A DNA stretch of 64,000 bases from an uncultured Ruminococcus sp. (GTDB lineage Bacteria; Bacillota; Clostridia; Oscillospirales; Ruminococcaceae), in the NCBI GenBank assembly GCA_946621745.1, contig CAMOOV010000001.1, positions 7,999 to 71,998 of the forward strand, written 5' to 3'. The notes below the pieces were generated by a model. That model was not told the DNA's origin. It searched no databases and saw nothing but the letters and a program-made list of their open reading frames with translations. Shown piece after piece: positions 27,174 to 36,125 of this stretch. Position numbers and translations under genes: made by a program. Position 1 is the stretch's first letter. The number at the start of each line of letters is the position of its first letter.

Positions 27174-28514
27174 ATGCACACGATCGCTGCAATTTCTACG
27201 CCGGAGGCACCCGGCGGAATCGCTATGATCCGGATATCAGGCGATCAGTCGATCTCGATTGCCGAACATATATTCGTTTCATATAATAATTTAACTATTA
27301 GAAAGATGCAGGGATATACCTGCGCCTACGGCAAAATTATGGATCACGAAGATCGTATTGATGATGTTGTTCTGACTGTTTTTCGCGCTCCTCACAGCTT
27401 CACCGGTGAAGATACGGTTGAAATCACTTGCCACGGCGGTCTTTATATCAGCAAGCGAATTCTACGGTTATTATTCCAACACGGCGCATCACCCGCTGAC
27501 CCGGGTGAATTTACAAAACGCGCTTTTCTGAACGGGAAAATGTCACTCACACAGGCGGAAGCCGTCATGGATCTCATCTCCGCTGACGGAGAAGCTGCGC
27601 TCAAACAGGCAAATCTCGCAATGGACGGGATGCTTGGCAAACAAATGAATGCAATCGCTGACCGGCTGATTGATTTTATGTCAGCACTCGCCTACTGGAT
27701 GGATGACGCCGAGGAGTGTCCCCCTGAATTGGAGCGCAATACGCTCTCAGAAAACCTCAACGAAATGCAAGTCCAGCTTGACCGGCTTGCCGACGAATAT
27801 CAAAATGGAAGACGGATTCGCAATGGCATTAAGACTGTGCTGCTCGGAAGACCAAATGCCGGCAAATCCTCTGTCATGAATTGGCTCTGCGGAACGGAAC
27901 GCAGCATTGTCACAGATATTGCAGGTACAACACGGGATATTGTGACTGAACAAGTAAAAATCGGCGAATATACGCTGCTTTTGTCTGATACTGCCGGATT
28001 GCGCGAAACCGATCATCAGATTGAGAGCATTGGCATCCGGCAGGCATACCGGGAACTGGAAAACTCGGAGTTTGCGCTCTATGTGATTGATGCTACTACC
28101 GGTTTATCCGATGAGGATATATCAATCTTCTCAAAATGTCCGAAGCACACTCTGATTCTGTGGAATAAAACAGATATTACAGATGCTGTTCCGCCTGAAT
28201 TGCCTTTTCCTGTTGTTATGATTTCGGCGATCGAAAAGCCGCCGCTGTCAGTTCTCTTAGATCCGATGCGTAATATTTTTGGAGAAGCAGTCACAAATCG
28301 ACCGCAGATCATGAATGAAAGGCAACGATGCCTGATCGAAAGCGCTTCCCATTCGATTTGTGAAGCACGGAATCTCATTGATGCCGGTGAAGAGCTGGAT
28401 ATTCTTTATACCTCACTTGAATCTGCTGTAAATTTCTTACAAGAGATCAATGGAATTGATGTCAGCGAGGATGTGATTCAGGGTGTGTTTTCTAAATTTT
28501 GTGTTGGAAAATAA
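27174..28514 (+). CDS. mnmE: tRNA modification GTPase MnmE
   Basis: TIAAISTPEAPGGIAMIRISG, G1 GRPNAGKSS, G3 DTAG and the C-terminal FCVGK. Confidence 0.95.
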   Translation: MHTIAAISTPEAPGGIAMIRISGDQSISIAEHIFVSYNNLTIRKMQGYTCAYGKIMDHEDRIDDVVLTVFRAPHSFTGEDTVEITCHGGLYISKRILRLLFQHGASPADPGEFTKRAFLNGKMSLTQAEAVMDLISADGEAALKQANLAMDGMLGKQMNAIADRLIDFMSALAYWMDDAEECPPELERNTLSENLNEMQVQLDRLADEYQNGRRIRNGIKTVLLGRPNAGKSSVMNWLCGTERSIVTDIAGTTRDIVTEQVKIGEYTLLLSDTAGLRETDHQIESIGIRQAYRELENSEFALYVIDATTGLSDEDISIFSKCPKHTLILWNKTDITDAVPPELPFPVVMISAIEKPPLSVLLDPMRNIFGEAVTNRPQIMNERQRCLIESASHSICEARNLIDAGEELDILYTSLESAVNFLQEINGIDVSEDVIQGVFSKFCVGK

Positions 28515-28517
28515 TAA

Positions 28518-28533
28518 TGTTCCACGTGGAACA
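28518..28533. promoter_or_regulatory. parS site (ParB/Spo0J binding palindrome)
   Basis: TGTTCCACGTGGAACA is a perfect 16-bp palindrome. It matches the B. subtilis consensus TGTTCCACGTGAAACA at 15 of 16 positions. Confidence 0.8.
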
Positions 28534-28570
28534 TTTGTAATAAACAATGGTTTTATATTCAATATTCGAT

Positions 28571-28586
28571 TGTTCCATGTGGAACA
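28571..28586. promoter_or_regulatory. parS site, one substitution
   Basis: TGTTCCATGTGGAACA. Confidence 0.65.
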
Positions 28587-28638
28587 ACCAGCAATATATG
28601 AATAATCAGCTGAAGATCGCACCAGAATACAAATTGAA

Positions 28639-28654
28639 TGTTCCACGTGGAACA
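28639..28654. promoter_or_regulatory. parS site
   Basis: TGTTCCACGTGGAACA, 20 nt upstream of the mnmG start. Confidence 0.8.
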
Positions 28655-28673
28655 TTCAGAACAGGAGAATAAA

Positions 28674-30548
28674 ATGCATGAAATAATTGATTTTGATGCA
28701 GCCGTCATCGGTGCAGGACACGCCGGAATAGAAGCAGCACTGGCAATGGCAAAAAGAGGCTGCAAAACAGCACTGTTCACAATCTCACTGGATCAAATCG
28801 GCAATATGCCTTGTAATCCGTCAATTGGAGGAAGTGCAAAAGGACATCTTGTCCGAGAAATAGATGCTCTCGGCGGAATCATGGGGAAAGCAGGGGATGC
28901 CTGCTGTATACAAATGCGAATGCTCAATCTCAGCAAAGGAGTGTCAGTGCACAGTCCGCGAGCGCAGGCAGACCGTCGGGAATATCACAGATATATGAAA
29001 AAAAATCTGGAGGCAACTGAAAATCTATATATCATTCAAACTGAGATTGCAGACATCCAAATAGATGAAAACTTATGTGTCACAGGGGTAATCAACCGGT
29101 TCGGAGCTGTGTATCCATGCAAGGCGGTCGTCATATGCGCAGGAACATTCCTGAACGGCATGGTGTATATCGGCAAAACCGGCGTATCAAGCGGCCCGGA
29201 TGCTTGTTTACCCGCATTATCCTTGTCCGAAAAGCTCGCATCTCACGGAATCAAATTACGAAGATTCAAAACTGGAACACCATGCCGTGTTCACAGCAGA
29301 AGTATTGACTATTCTCAGCTCATTCCGCAGCATGGTGACGAGAATCCAATCCCGTTTTCATTTGAAGCAGGTGCAAAGGTCGCAAGAAATGACAGCATTT
29401 GCTATTTGGCAAATACAAATGAGCTGACACATCAAATTATACGGGAAAACATTGGAGAATCCCCACTTTATTCAGGAATGATTCACGGTATCGGACCTAG
29501 ATATTGTCCTTCGATCGAAGATAAGGTGATCCGATTTGCAGAAAGAGAAAGACACCAGGTATTTGTCGAACCGACAGGACTTCATACAGAGGAAATGTAT
29601 CTGCAAGGGTTCAGCACATCGCTGCCGGAGTATGTGCAGCATAAAATGTATCGAAGTGTCAAAGGGTTTGAGCATATTGAGATCATGCGTCCGGCATATG
29701 CGATCGAATATGACTGTATCAACCCGCTCTGCCTAAGCCATACACTTGCTTTTAAGGACTTCCACGGGTTATACGCGGCCGGACAGTTTAACGGCACATC
29801 CGGCTATGAGGAAGCGGCAGCACAGGGTATTATTGCAGGAATCAACGCCTCGGCATATGTAAAAGGCGAAAAAGAACTGGAGCTAAGCAGAAAAAGCTCC
29901 TATATCGGAACGCTGATCGACGATCTGGTCACAAAAGGCACAGAAGATCCGTACAGAATGATGACTGCACGCAGTGAATACCGATTATCCCTCCGTCATT
30001 CCAACGCAGATGCCCGATTAACTCCGATCGGCAGAGAATACGGGCTGATATCAGATAGCAGATGGAAGGATTACACTGAAAAGCAGACCAGAATTCAAAA
30101 AGCAATCGAGATGATATGTCAAAAAAATATATCGCCGAATGAAGTCAATGCCTATCTGACCGAATGCGGCACAACACCAATTATGCAAAGCGCGAAAATG
30201 GATGCAATACTTCGCCGCCCACAGATACAGATAAATTGTTTAACCGTAAAATTAGGGATAGAATTCGATCTCCGCGGTGAGGAAGAAGCAGAAGTAAGCC
30301 ATATCATCAAATATGAGCACTACATCAAGCGACAACAAGAGCAAAACGAGCACAGGGAACGATATGAGAAAATAAAGCTCCCGATCGAGACAGATTACAG
30401 TCTGATTCACGGATTATCCTCAGAAGCGACGGAGAAGCTCAGTCGAGTCCGTCCGGAAAACCTTTCTCAGGCTTCAAGAATATCCGGAGTGTCCCCAGCC
30501 GATGTAGCGATTCTGATGACCTGGCTGAAAGCAGGAGGGAAGATATGA
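28674..30548 (+). CDS. mnmG: tRNA uridine 5-carboxymethylaminomethyl modification enzyme MnmG
   Basis: Start moved to ATG 28674 (RBS aggag), because the upstream MFHVEHS codons are just the parS palindrome. FAD fold DAAVIGAGHAGIEAA. Conserved FTGQINGTSGYEEAAAQG-type region. Confidence 0.95.
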   Translation: MHEIIDFDAAVIGAGHAGIEAALAMAKRGCKTALFTISLDQIGNMPCNPSIGGSAKGHLVREIDALGGIMGKAGDACCIQMRMLNLSKGVSVHSPRAQADRREYHRYMKKNLEATENLYIIQTEIADIQIDENLCVTGVINRFGAVYPCKAVVICAGTFLNGMVYIGKTGVSSGPDACLPALSLSEKLASHGIKLRRFKTGTPCRVHSRSIDYSQLIPQHGDENPIPFSFEAGAKVARNDSICYLANTNELTHQIIRENIGESPLYSGMIHGIGPRYCPSIEDKVIRFAERERHQVFVEPTGLHTEEMYLQGFSTSLPEYVQHKMYRSVKGFEHIEIMRPAYAIEYDCINPLCLSHTLAFKDFHGLYAAGQFNGTSGYEEAAAQGIIAGINASAYVKGEKELELSRKSSYIGTLIDDLVTKGTEDPYRMMTARSEYRLSLRHSNADARLTPIGREYGLISDSRWKDYTEKQTRIQKAIEMICQKNISPNEVNAYLTECGTTPIMQSAKMDAILRRPQIQINCLTVKLGIEFDLRGEEEAEVSHIIKYEHYIKRQQEQNEHRERYEKIKLPIETDYSLIHGLSSEATEKLSRVRPENLSQASRISGVSPADVAILMTWLKAGGKI

Positions 30549-31246
30549 TCTCGATTGATGAAGCAAACAGGATATTTCAAGAAATATCCTTGACACTGAC
30601 AGCAGAACAATATAATAAACTTACAGCATACGCGAAAATGCTGATTGAGGAATCCACAGTTCAAAATGTGACAGCTGTCAAAACAGAACTCGAAATATGG
30701 AAACGCCATTTTCTCGATGCAGCATATCTTCTGAGAGAGCTGCCGGATACAGGACGGATCATAGATATTGGAACAGGCGGCGGGGTGCCGGGGATTCCTC
30801 TCGCGATATTGAAACCGGATATCAGCATGACGCTTTTAGACAGCGAACTGCGAAAGATTGAATTTTGCAGAAAGGTAATACGTGAATTAGTGTTAAATGT
30901 AGATACCGCAGCCGGGAGAGCGGAAGAGATATCAAGGATGCTAGAATACGAAGGCAAATACGACTTCGTTGTTTCACGCGCAATGGCCGCCGGTTCTATG
31001 CTGACAGAGGTATCCGTCCGATATCTGAAAAAAGGCGGACGGCTTATCGCTATGAAGGGAAAGCAATATGATCCGTCCATCGAACGTTTCGCGGAAGCGG
31101 CAGCAGCACTCGGCTGTACCGTTGAACAGGAAACAATGTACACACTCGACGGGGAGAATAAGCACCTGATTGTATTGCGAAAGCAGGCTGAAACACCAAA
31201 TCTCTACCCCCGAAGATTTGCAAAAATCAAACGATCTCCGCTGTGA
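30545..31246 (+). CDS. rsmG: 16S rRNA (guanine527-N7)-methyltransferase
   Basis: ATGA overlap with mnmG. IWKRHFLD and IIDIGTGGGVPGIPLAI SAM motif. Confidence 0.9.
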   Translation: MISIDEANRIFQEISLTLTAEQYNKLTAYAKMLIEESTVQNVTAVKTELEIWKRHFLDAAYLLRELPDTGRIIDIGTGGGVPGIPLAILKPDISMTLLDSELRKIEFCRKVIRELVLNVDTAAGRAEEISRMLEYEGKYDFVVSRAMAAGSMLTEVSVRYLKKGGRLIAMKGKQYDPSIERFAEAAAALGCTVEQETMYTLDGENKHLIVLRKQAETPNLYPRRFAKIKRSPL

Positions 31247-31262
31247 TGTTCCACGTGGAACA
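31247..31262. promoter_or_regulatory. parS site immediately after the rsmG stop codon
   Basis: TGTTCCACGTGGAACA begins one base after TGA 31244-31246. Confidence 0.8.
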
Positions 31263-31583
31263 ACAGACAAATATGTCGAAATATAGAGAAACAAGGCGGA
31301 TTCAAAGATAAATTCAAGAAGACTTACAGCTTCATGATATCACAAATAGTATATTTCACAGATAAGCAAGATACTGTGCAAGCGTATTGTTATCTCAGTC
31401 AGATCATCCGGATCCGGTTTGACTCCCCCGGCCGGAAACCCGCCTCCCGACTGCACAATTCTACCGGGAGAGGGGAGCGAAAAGCACAGCAGGGGGAGTA
31501 CCCCAGGATAAAAGCGAGACATGAAGTTTTCACGAAAAACCGGTAACAAAGCGATATCAAATCAATACAGATTGGATAATCTA

Positions 31584-31612
31584 TTGACAAGCACATTTTC
31601 CTGCGATATAAT
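31584..31612 (+). promoter_or_regulatory. consensus sigma-A promoter for the LCP-WYL pair
   Basis: TTGACA, a 17-nt spacer, then TATAAT. Located 42 nt upstream of ATG 31654. Confidence 0.6.
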
Positions 31613-31653
31613 AAAAAGGAGAAGACATACCCTAAAAAGAAAGGAAGATAAAA

Positions 31654-33108
31654 ATGAGCGACCGCTTTTCTGATACAACAGAGCTGCCGATCCCGGACGA
31701 GAATGAAGATCGCCGGCGGACTGACCGGCCGCTGAAGGCAGGACAAAGTCGTCCCCAGCAGCGCGCCGGAAGCAGTCCGAACACGCCGCGCAGATCGAAT
31801 GTTCAAAGCGGAAACAGACAGCGCATCTCAAACGGTCAGCGCATCTTGCAGCAGCCGCAGCATACTGTGAACCGGAATGCACGGCAGCGGATCGGTATGC
31901 CGCCGGAAGATCAACGCCCGATCATGCCTGTTCGCCGTGCTTCCTATCAGAACCAGCTTCCGCCCGCTGAGCAGTCAGAACCGACGCAGACCGTCGGCGG
32001 ACGCCCAACATTTCAGCGGCCGGAATTCGCTGAGCGGCCTCCAAAAGAATCAAGCTCCAAAACACGCAGTGAACAAAAACAAAAGGTTCAAAAACGACGC
32101 CGCAAAAAAAAGAGCTGTCTCAGACGAATCGTGACAGCAATTATCATTTTTATCTTTTCGCTATTCGCGATTTATTCCTGCATCGCGCTCCTTGCAATCA
32201 AACAGCTGAACTATGAGCAGACCGGTGTGCGAAATCTCATTGTCGGCTCCGCAGAGGCAGATCCGAATATCAAAAATATTCTGATTATCGGAACGGATAA
32301 CCGAACGGATACTGAACGCGGCCGCGCGGATACCATGATTCTGCTCAGCTTCAGCGGTCACAATAAAACGATGACGATGACATCTCTGATGCGTGATTCC
32401 TATGTGACGATCCCGAATCACGGCAACGATAAGCTCAACGCTGCTTATGCCTACGGCGGGGCGACTTTGCTCATGGACACGATCTCAAATAACTTCGGCA
32501 TTCGTGTCGATGATTACATTTGCATCAACTTCAAATCATTCGTTCATATTGCAGATGCTGTCGGCGGATTGAAGGTCACAGTCAGTGATGCGGAAGCCGA
32601 AGCAATCAATGTGATCCTCGAAAGCGAGGTCAACGCAATTATGGGCGATGATCCGAAATCTGATTTTCTGCCGAGCGGCGGAACATTTGTCCTGAACGGA
32701 AAACAAGCGCTCTCATATGCACGAATCCGTTTTGTCGGAAATGCCGACTTTGAACGAACGGAGAGACAGCGTGAGGTGCTGGATCTGATGCTGGATAAAA
32801 TGAAGCATCTCAGTCCGACATCAATTCCGTCCATTCTGGTCAAGGCGCTCCCGGAGCTGAGTACAAATATGACAACAGGCAGTCTTTATCTGAAATCCTT
32901 TGAACTGCCGGTCAAGCTGATGTCCTATGAGATTCAAAAACTCCGTATCCCGGCGGACGGCACATTTGCAAACCAGACCGCACCGAACGGACAGATGGTT
33001 CTGACCGTTGATTTTGACAAGAATCTGCAAAACTATCTCAAAGCGGTCAATGATCCTGTCGCCAAGCCTGCGGAAACTGCACCAGCCAATCAGGGAGGTG
33101 CTGCATGA
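31654..33108 (+). CDS. LytR-CpsA-Psr (LCP) family cell-envelope transferase with a long disordered cytoplasmic N-terminus
   Basis: NILIIGTDNRTDTERGRADTMILLSF, LMRDSYVTIPNHGNDKLNAAYAYGG and LSYARIRF. About 160 aa of R/Q/P-rich region precede the TM. Confidence 0.85.
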   Translation: MSDRFSDTTELPIPDENEDRRRTDRPLKAGQSRPQQRAGSSPNTPRRSNVQSGNRQRISNGQRILQQPQHTVNRNARQRIGMPPEDQRPIMPVRRASYQNQLPPAEQSEPTQTVGGRPTFQRPEFAERPPKESSSKTRSEQKQKVQKRRRKKKSCLRRIVTAIIIFIFSLFAIYSCIALLAIKQLNYEQTGVRNLIVGSAEADPNIKNILIIGTDNRTDTERGRADTMILLSFSGHNKTMTMTSLMRDSYVTIPNHGNDKLNAAYAYGGATLLMDTISNNFGIRVDDYICINFKSFVHIADAVGGLKVTVSDAEAEAINVILESEVNAIMGDDPKSDFLPSGGTFVLNGKQALSYARIRFVGNADFERTERQREVLDLMLDKMKHLSPTSIPSILVKALPELSTNMTTGSLYLKSFELPVKLMSYEIQKLRIPADGTFANQTAPNGQMVLTVDFDKNLQNYLKAVNDPVAKPAETAPANQGGAA

Positions 33109-34139
33109 AATCAATCGCACTTTTCAATCTGCTGACAGTTCTGCGGGAGGAGACCGACCGCGAACATAAAATGTCCCAGCAGGCATTGCTCGATGCAATG
33201 GAACGACGATTCGGCATCCGGCTCAACCGGCGGACACTGAAATCCTATCTGGACATTTTACGCGAAGCCGGATTCCCGCTCTGTGCAGAACCGCGCACAC
33301 GGATCCTGCCGGACGGTTCACAGGAAGAAATGCTGACAGACTGGTATCTGGAACCGCAGTTTGAGATCAGCGAGCTGCGTCTGCTCTGCGATATGATCTC
33401 CGGAATGCCGGCGATCCCGGATGCCCAGCGTGAGGCGCTGATCGGAAAGATCGTGCGGCTTGCACCGCCGGCATTTCAGAATGCGAAACAAAATGCGCAA
33501 ATCACATATCTGCACACAATGCCGGCGCAGCAGCTTTTGTATTCTATCGAACTGCTCTGTGAAGCAATTCGGAAAAACCGTATGGTCAGATTTCTGTACG
33601 GCAAATACACACTGGATGCGGACGGCAAACCGAAGCTGATTCCGCGGCAGACCGACGAGGGCGCAAAGCGGTATTATCTGGTCAGCCCCTACGAGATCAT
33701 TGTTTCACACGGATGCTATTATCTGATCTGCTGCAAGGAGCCCTACCGGCATCTTTCCAATTACCGGATCGACCGGATCATGGATATCCGGATCGAAGAA
33801 GAATATGAACGGCTGCCGCTCTCTGATACGGAAGGGCAATCCCTCCACAAAGAGCATTTTGCCGAACAGCTGTATATGTACAGCGGGGATGCCGTCGAGG
33901 TACGCTTTCTTGCAGAGGCGGATATCCTCGGTGATATTCTTGACTGGTTCGGGAAGGATGTTCACATGAAAGCAGGCGAGCGCGTCAATACGATCGAAGT
34001 CACAGTCAATGTCAATCCGACTGCGATGACACACTGGGCGCTGCAATACGGAAAATATGTCACGGTGCTTTCGCCGGATTCGCTGCGGGATGAGATCGCA
34101 GATACCGCAGCGAAAATCTCAAAACGATATGCAACATAA
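33105..34139 (+). CDS. wHTH + WYL domain transcriptional regulator
   Basis: ATGA overlap with the LCP gene. N-terminal wHTH (SQQALLDAMERRFGIRLNRRTLKSYLDILREAG). WYL core RFLYGKY...YYLVSPYEIIVSHGCYYLICC...YRIDRIMDIRI. Confidence 0.75.
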   Translation: MKSIALFNLLTVLREETDREHKMSQQALLDAMERRFGIRLNRRTLKSYLDILREAGFPLCAEPRTRILPDGSQEEMLTDWYLEPQFEISELRLLCDMISGMPAIPDAQREALIGKIVRLAPPAFQNAKQNAQITYLHTMPAQQLLYSIELLCEAIRKNRMVRFLYGKYTLDADGKPKLIPRQTDEGAKRYYLVSPYEIIVSHGCYYLICCKEPYRHLSNYRIDRIMDIRIEEEYERLPLSDTEGQSLHKEHFAEQLYMYSGDAVEVRFLAEADILGDILDWFGKDVHMKAGERVNTIEVTVNVNPTAMTHWALQYGKYVTVLSPDSLRDEIADTAAKISKRYAT

Positions 34140-34142
34140 AAA

Positions 34143-34173
34143 CAGCCGCTGTTCATTTTGCGAACAGCGGCTG
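34143..34173. terminator. bidirectional hairpin between the convergent WYL gene and serS
   Basis: 12-bp perfect stem cagccgctgttc/gaacagcggctg with a 7-nt loop. Confidence 0.6.
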
Positions 34174-34192
34174 CATTGCATATATACGATCA

Positions 34193-35479
34193 TCAGTTCT
34201 TCGGGACGATCTTTTCCTTGCCGCCCATGTACGGACGGAGAACAGCAGGAATATTGACAGAGCCGTCCGGCTGATAGTGATTCTCCAGCAGCGCGATCAG
34301 CATTCTCGGCGGCGCAACAACGGTATTGTTCAGCGTATGAACAAGGTATGTACCGTTCTCGCCCTTCGTGCGGATCTTCAGGCGGCGTGCCTGCGCATCA
34401 CCGAGATTCGAGCAGGAGCAGACCTCGAAATATTTCTTCTGACGCGGCGACCATGCTTCGATATCGCAGGACTTGACCTTGAGGTTCGCCAGATCACCCG
34501 AACAGCATTCGAGCTGACGCACCGGAATCTCCATGCTGCGGAACAGATCAACCGAGAGCTTCCACATCTTGTTGTACCAGTCCATGCTTTCCTCCGGCTT
34601 GCAGAGAACGATCATTTCCTGCTTCTCGAACTGGTGGATGCGGTAAACGCCGCGCTCCTCCAGACCGTGCGAACCGATCTCCTTGCGGAAGCAGGGCGAA
34701 TAGGATGTCAGCTTCAGCGGGAGCGAGCTTTCATCGACGATCTGATTGACAAACCGGCCGATCATCGTATGCTCCGATGTGCCGATCAGATAGAGATCCT
34801 CGCCCTCGATCTTATACATCATCGCTTCCATTTCCTCGAAGGACATAACGCCCTCGACGATGCTTCTGTGCATCATGAACGGCGGGATCATATAAGTAAA
34901 GCCGTGGTCGATCATGAAATCTCTTGCGTAAGCGAGAACTGCCTCATGCAGACGCGCAATGTCGCCCATGAGATAATAGAAACCGGTTCCGGCAACTCTG
35001 CCTGCGGAATCCTTGTCAAGACCGCTCAGTCTCTCCATGATATCCGCGTGATACGGAATCTCGTAATCCGGAACGACCGGCTCACCGAAGCGCTCGATCT
35101 CGACATTCTCGCTGTCGTCCTTGCCGATCGGCACCGATGCATCAATGATCTGCGGGATGCGCTTCATGATGTCATCGAGCTTTGCGCTCAGCTCGTCCAT
35201 GACGGTTTCCTTTTCCTTCATGGTGACGGCATTTTCCTTGACCTGTGCCTTGATCGCCTCAGCCTCATCCTTTTTGCCGGCCTTCATGAGAACCGGAACC
35301 TGTGCCGAGAGCTTATTGCGCTGTGCGCGGAGATCCTCCGAGATATGCTTTGCCTCAAGGATCTGTGCATACAGCTCCGCCGCTTCATCCACGAGCGGCA
35401 GCTTGTCATCCTGAAACTTCTTTTTGATATTTTCCTTGACAGCTTCCTTGTTGTTTACCAGAAACTTAATATCAATCAT
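34193..35479 (-). CDS. serS: seryl-tRNA synthetase
   Basis: MIDIKFLVNNKEAVKENIKKK. Class II motifs (FRKEIGSHG, GTSEHT, LNNTVVAPPRMLIALLENHYQ). Confidence 0.95.
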   Translation of the reverse strand: MIDIKFLVNNKEAVKENIKKKFQDDKLPLVDEAAELYAQILEAKHISEDLRAQRNKLSAQVPVLMKAGKKDEAEAIKAQVKENAVTMKEKETVMDELSAKLDDIMKRIPQIIDASVPIGKDDSENVEIERFGEPVVPDYEIPYHADIMERLSGLDKDSAGRVAGTGFYYLMGDIARLHEAVLAYARDFMIDHGFTYMIPPFMMHRSIVEGVMSFEEMEAMMYKIEGEDLYLIGTSEHTMIGRFVNQIVDESSLPLKLTSYSPCFRKEIGSHGLEERGVYRIHQFEKQEMIVLCKPEESMDWYNKMWKLSVDLFRSMEIPVRQLECCSGDLANLKVKSCDIEAWSPRQKKYFEVCSCSNLGDAQARRLKIRTKGENGTYLVHTLNNTVVAPPRMLIALLENHYQPDGSVNIPAVLRPYMGGKEKIVPKN

Positions 35480-35507
35480 GATGAACTTCTCCTTTATAAT
35501 TATTTTG

Positions 35508-36125
35508 TCACGATCCCTTTGTACGCAGATACCAGCCGAACAGGATCATCACCGGCACCAGCATAATCGGGATCAGAATAAAAACGAAGTAAAGAAAAGC
35601 GCCGTAGAATATCCGTCTGCGCTGCGAGCAGAACATGATCTCCTCCTCCGGAACATATAGCTCCGGACGCTGTCCCGAATCGCGGAGCTTCTTCATCTGC
35701 CGCAGCTTCTTTTGCAGACGCGGCGGGAGCAGCGGATCATCCTCCGCCTCCGGTTCATCTGCAATCGGACGCGGCTTTCTGCGGTCGCGGACAACGGCGA
35801 TCCTTGCCGCTCCGCTCTGCTTGTAAATCCATGCAGCAAGCGGATTTCCAAGCTCCAGTGACGCGTGCAGTTCCCCCTCCGATTCATCATCCCACGAAAC
35901 CTCAACCACATAACGCTTATGCGAAAAGGTATGCGGGCCGTTGTCATAGCGGTAGGAGCTGACGGAAGTGACCTGCGCACGGTAAAAGCGGGTATTGCGC
36001 CGGCGATAGAACCAGATTTTCCGGATGCGGGCATAGCCGAACCAGATTGCCAGAATAATAAGGCAGATCAGAATGAAGAAAGCAAAAATGCCGCCTTCCT
36101 CCGAATTATGGATCCGCCGGATCAT
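35508..36125 (-). CDS. DUF3592-like membrane protein
   Basis: TM, then a beta domain (FYRAQVTSVSSYRYDNGPHTFSHKRYVVEVSW), then a C-terminal TM. Overlaps the upstream gene by 4 nt. Paralogous in architecture to 5880-6518. Confidence 0.5.
   Translation of the reverse strand: MIRRIHNSEEGGIFAFFILICLIILAIWFGYARIRKIWFYRRRNTRFYRAQVTSVSSYRYDNGPHTFSHKRYVVEVSWDDESEGELHASLELGNPLAAWIYKQSGAARIAVVRDRRKPRPIADEPEAEDDPLLPPRLQKKLRQMKKLRDSGQRPELYVPEEEIMFCSQRRRIFYGAFLYFVFILIPIMLVPVMILFGWYLRTKGS

Noticed and set aside
28437-28780. Short ORFs on both strands beginning MFHVEHS, and the extended mnmG start at 28638.
   Set aside because: The MFHVEH peptide is simply the translation of the palindromic parS site TGTTCCACGTGGAACA read in either direction. 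mnmG has a proper RBS and ATG at 28674.
31334-31806. Small ORFs in the rsmG-LCP spacer (31334-31546 +, 31340-31549 -, 31399-31806 -).
   Set aside because: They have no RBS, show odd composition, overlap each other and overlap the promoter and structured element. They are most likely non-coding.
35480-35507. A T-box riboswitch in front of serS.
   Set aside because: The spacer is only 28 nt, and the operon leader at 37406-37700 lacks the conserved T-box sequence and terminator/antiterminator pair.
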